From Nitrosopumilaceae archaeon (GTDB lineage Archaea > Thermoproteota > Nitrososphaeria > Nitrososphaerales > Nitrosopumilaceae): 64,000 bases of DNA. Of this stretch, positions 61,788-64,000 are shown piece by piece. The notes beneath the pieces were generated by a model. It had not been told where the DNA came from. It made no database searches and saw only the letters and a program-made list of their open reading frames with translations. The DNA is taken from the NCBI GenBank assembly GCA_965200155.1, contig CBDATR010000043.1:65858-129857 (forward strand), in the 5' to 3' direction. Numbering within the stretch: the stretch's first letter is position 1; the number at the start of each line of letters is the position of its first letter. Position numbers and translations under genes: made by a program.

Positions 61788-62296
61788 AAGGAATAATGGG
61801 TAAGTTACTAGTTTCAGTAGTGAAACATTCGGTAAAGTCCGCCAGGGCATGGCGACAGAGGCGGCACATGGAGAAGTTACTGGGGCAGAGAAAACTGATT
61901 AATGAGATGGATAACATGAACGGGACTGAATTCGAGGAGTTCCTGGATGTGGTTTTCACTAGAATGGGTTATCGTGTTAGGCATATGGGAAAGTCCGGTG
62001 ACTATGGAGTTGATCTCGTTCTAGAAAAGCAGTACAGAAATGAGGATAACAAATTCTCATCCAGAAAGTTACGCATAGCTGTTCAGGCAAAGCGGTACAG
62101 GAATAATGTGGGAAACAAGGCGGTTCAGGAAGTCTATTCCGGTATGGCTATGTACAAATGTAATGCAGGATGGGTCGTGACCAATTCCGGTTTCACCAGG
62201 GCGGCCATAGAGCAGGCAGAAGGGTGCGGTGTTCGCTTGGTTGATCGGCAGAAACTGCTTAGGATGGTTGCAAGCACGATTCATGATCATTCCTAA
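61784..62296 (+). CDS. Mrr-like restriction endonuclease
   Basis: MNGTEFEEFL..MGY, GDYGVDLV, AVQAKRY, VGNKAVQEV, VVTNSGFT. Confidence 0.9.
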   Translation: MKGIMGKLLVSVVKHSVKSARAWRQRRHMEKLLGQRKLINEMDNMNGTEFEEFLDVVFTRMGYRVRHMGKSGDYGVDLVLEKQYRNEDNKFSSRKLRIAVQAKRYRNNVGNKAVQEVYSGMAMYKCNAGWVVTNSGFTRAAIEQAEGCGVRLVDRQKLLRMVASTIHDHS

Positions 62297-62457
62297 GGCG
62301 CCGCGTGTTCTGATGGACATAGGCTGGGAAATGTCATTCCCGATACAGAACCTGAATGTGGTTATCATATGCTTCAATGGGGTCGCAACCGTTAGGCTGC
62401 GGAAATACCGCGCAGGTTAACAAGATATATGTTTTGTTCAGCTTGCGCCATACTTCA

Positions 62458-63495
62458 ATAATGTGAAAAGTCCGCTCAGGATCCGGCGTACAGTAGTTCA
62501 GATTGCACAAGCCAGATGGTAAAGAGAATACAGAGGAATCAAGACAAAAGAGGCGTTGTCACAACCAAAATAGCTCAAGACCTGAGACGAGACACGTACG
62601 AAGATTGTGAATTAGAGGACGGGAACGACTCGAGTAAAGATGGGCAGGTCCATGATGCCAATCACCGCCACCCAGATACTAATGGTAACTGAAGCATATC
62701 ACAAGGATCCCGCCGTAGTACGTATTGCAAAGAGGCTTAGACATGATATATCGCGCAGTATATCGCATAATGAAAAAGAACGGTACGGCAGGATCATCGT
62801 ATGAGTTCACCTGTGTCTAAATTTACGCACAACTGATCGCGACAGTTAATGTGATTTGTGCACAAGATTCCGGAAGACGTGAACTCATACGGATCATCAC
62901 CTGCAGAGTGGGTACGCTATGAGCGTAAATATTCCGATGCAATGTGGCACTGGCATGTCATGAAAAGATGAGCGCTTCAAGGGACTGAATCTCATAGATG
63001 ATGCATCTAGGTGCATCGTCGGAGCGGCACTATTTGAGCATGCAACATGAGAACGCCACTCTATTACTGAGACTGGTAATGAAACGATTCGGCGCCCCTG
63101 CATCTTGGATAACGGCGCGTGTTTCATAGGACAATAAAAGGGCAAAAAGAGCTGGAAACCCACACTATTCTAGGAAGAACTGCTGGATCAAGACATCATA
63201 CTAATCAATTCTAGACCATACCACCCGCAGACAAATGGCAAACTGTAGCGCTCCCATGGAATGATTGAGGACTAGGGGACTCTTATTTAAGAGTCCAATG
63301 AGATATGGCATTATGAAAGTCTCCGGGATTATGTGGACTACTATAATGAGAGAAGGTTGCACTTCTCACTGGATATAGATAACGCCGAAACACCACTCCA
63401 GTAATAAAAAGACAACCCAGACAATTAGGGTAAATGATGCAAAATGGATGGAGCGGGATGCCAATGACTAGCGGACCGACTTTTCATACATTACA
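62458..63495 (+). mobile_element. Degenerate IS481-family element
   Basis: DDASRCIVG, DNGACF, RPYHPQTNGKL, YYNERRLHFSL with stop codons; imperfect inverted ends gaaaagtc..ccgct, right end ...ttaca. Confidence 0.8.
62799..62890. mobile_element. 92-bp MITE
   Basis: TSD ggatcatc. Confidence 0.95.
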
Positions 63496-63527
63496 GGCTG
63501 ATCAAGGATATGACAGTCACTGTTGAG

Positions 63528-63623
63528 CGTGCCGGGGGTTCTTGGCACGGCCACCATTCCATGACCGCCCATTTAAGGGAGCAATAATCGTGCCGGGGGT
63601 TCTTGGCACGGCCACCATTCCAT
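63528..63623. repeat. Two 35-bp hairpin direct repeats enclosing a promoter-like spacer
   Basis: cgtgccgggggttcttggcacggccaccattccat x2 separated by gaccgcccatttaaggggagcaataat. Confidence 0.85.
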
Positions 63624-64000
63624 CATTGGGGTTGCCATTACATATCTGGGATGGCCCGGATCCATATCATAATGACAGAGAATTATTCTCGCATGACTGG
63701 GAATAGAATCTATCCGGTATCAAAGTTGCGCCCGAATCATTCATCCGATGAAACCAACACTGAGCTGGGCTATTCAGATGACGAGTATGGAGACCGTAAA
63801 AAGAACCACTGGCTACCTTTCACTGGGCCTTATTGTGGGATTGCCCTTCTTGCAGTTGCAATATTCACAATGTCTGCCTTGGTCTTATCGGTCCCTACAG
63901 GGAAGCATTCACATGGTTCCCGCTCATTGAGGCGTGGATTCATCACATTTGAGCTTTATGTTTCACAATTTTCCCCATATGTTAACCCATTAACCTTTCA

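Larger units (their letters stand above)
9252..64000. mobile_element. Probable integrated conjugative-type element (decaying; boundaries uncertain, integrase not seen)
   Basis: VirB4-like ATPase, pilin-like genes, giant secreted proteins, TBP/TFB, shared promoter motifs and paralogous gene pairs across the span. Confidence 0.6.

Noticed and set aside
63528-63623. Mini-CRISPR array (two hairpin repeats; upstream 30-mer matches gene 24028)
   Set aside because: Only two repeats and no cas genes. The spacer is a promoter motif, and weak similarity to gene 24028 continues past the repeats, so the match is a decayed paralog.
9252-64000. Provirus or casposon interpretation
   Set aside because: No recognisable capsid, terminase, portal, PolB or Cas1; VirB4 and pilins fit a conjugative element better.

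Overview
This window is IS-rich archaeal DNA, most likely Nitrososphaerota (Nitrosopumilaceae-like, plausibly a sponge symbiont; taxonomy is inferred from TBP/TFB, archaeal pilins, HTH-CBS, ALDH and FN3 proteins). From 1 to 9.2 kb it holds an MNT gene, nested IS5-like and IS66 insertions and a 5'-truncated aldehyde dehydrogenase. From ~9.25 kb to the window end it looks like a large, decaying integrated conjugative-type element. That element carries a VirB4-like ATPase, pilin-like genes, four very large secreted proteins, two Mrr-like nucleases, an OB-fold protein, its own TBP and a frameshifted TFB with a matching recurrent promoter class, and a miniaturised class II RNR-like gene. Cargo includes a type ISP R-M locus, an FN3 surface protein, a phase-variable MTase remnant and a three-gene putative conflict operon. 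Fifteen copies of a 92-bp IS66-ended MITE are present, two of which form a composite transposon carrying a host-type gene. The most unusual observations are: (1) a recurrent process replacing 4-7 bp with quasi-palindromic fillers of consensus (GGAA/AGAA/GTAA)-CCGG-(TTCC/TTCT/TTAC), seen by comparing repeat copies; (2) tnpB carried between IS630-type TIRs; (3) an 8-bp SSR switch between two tandem alternative specificity segments of the type ISP enzyme. No rRNA, tRNA, CRISPR-cas or integrase was recognised.
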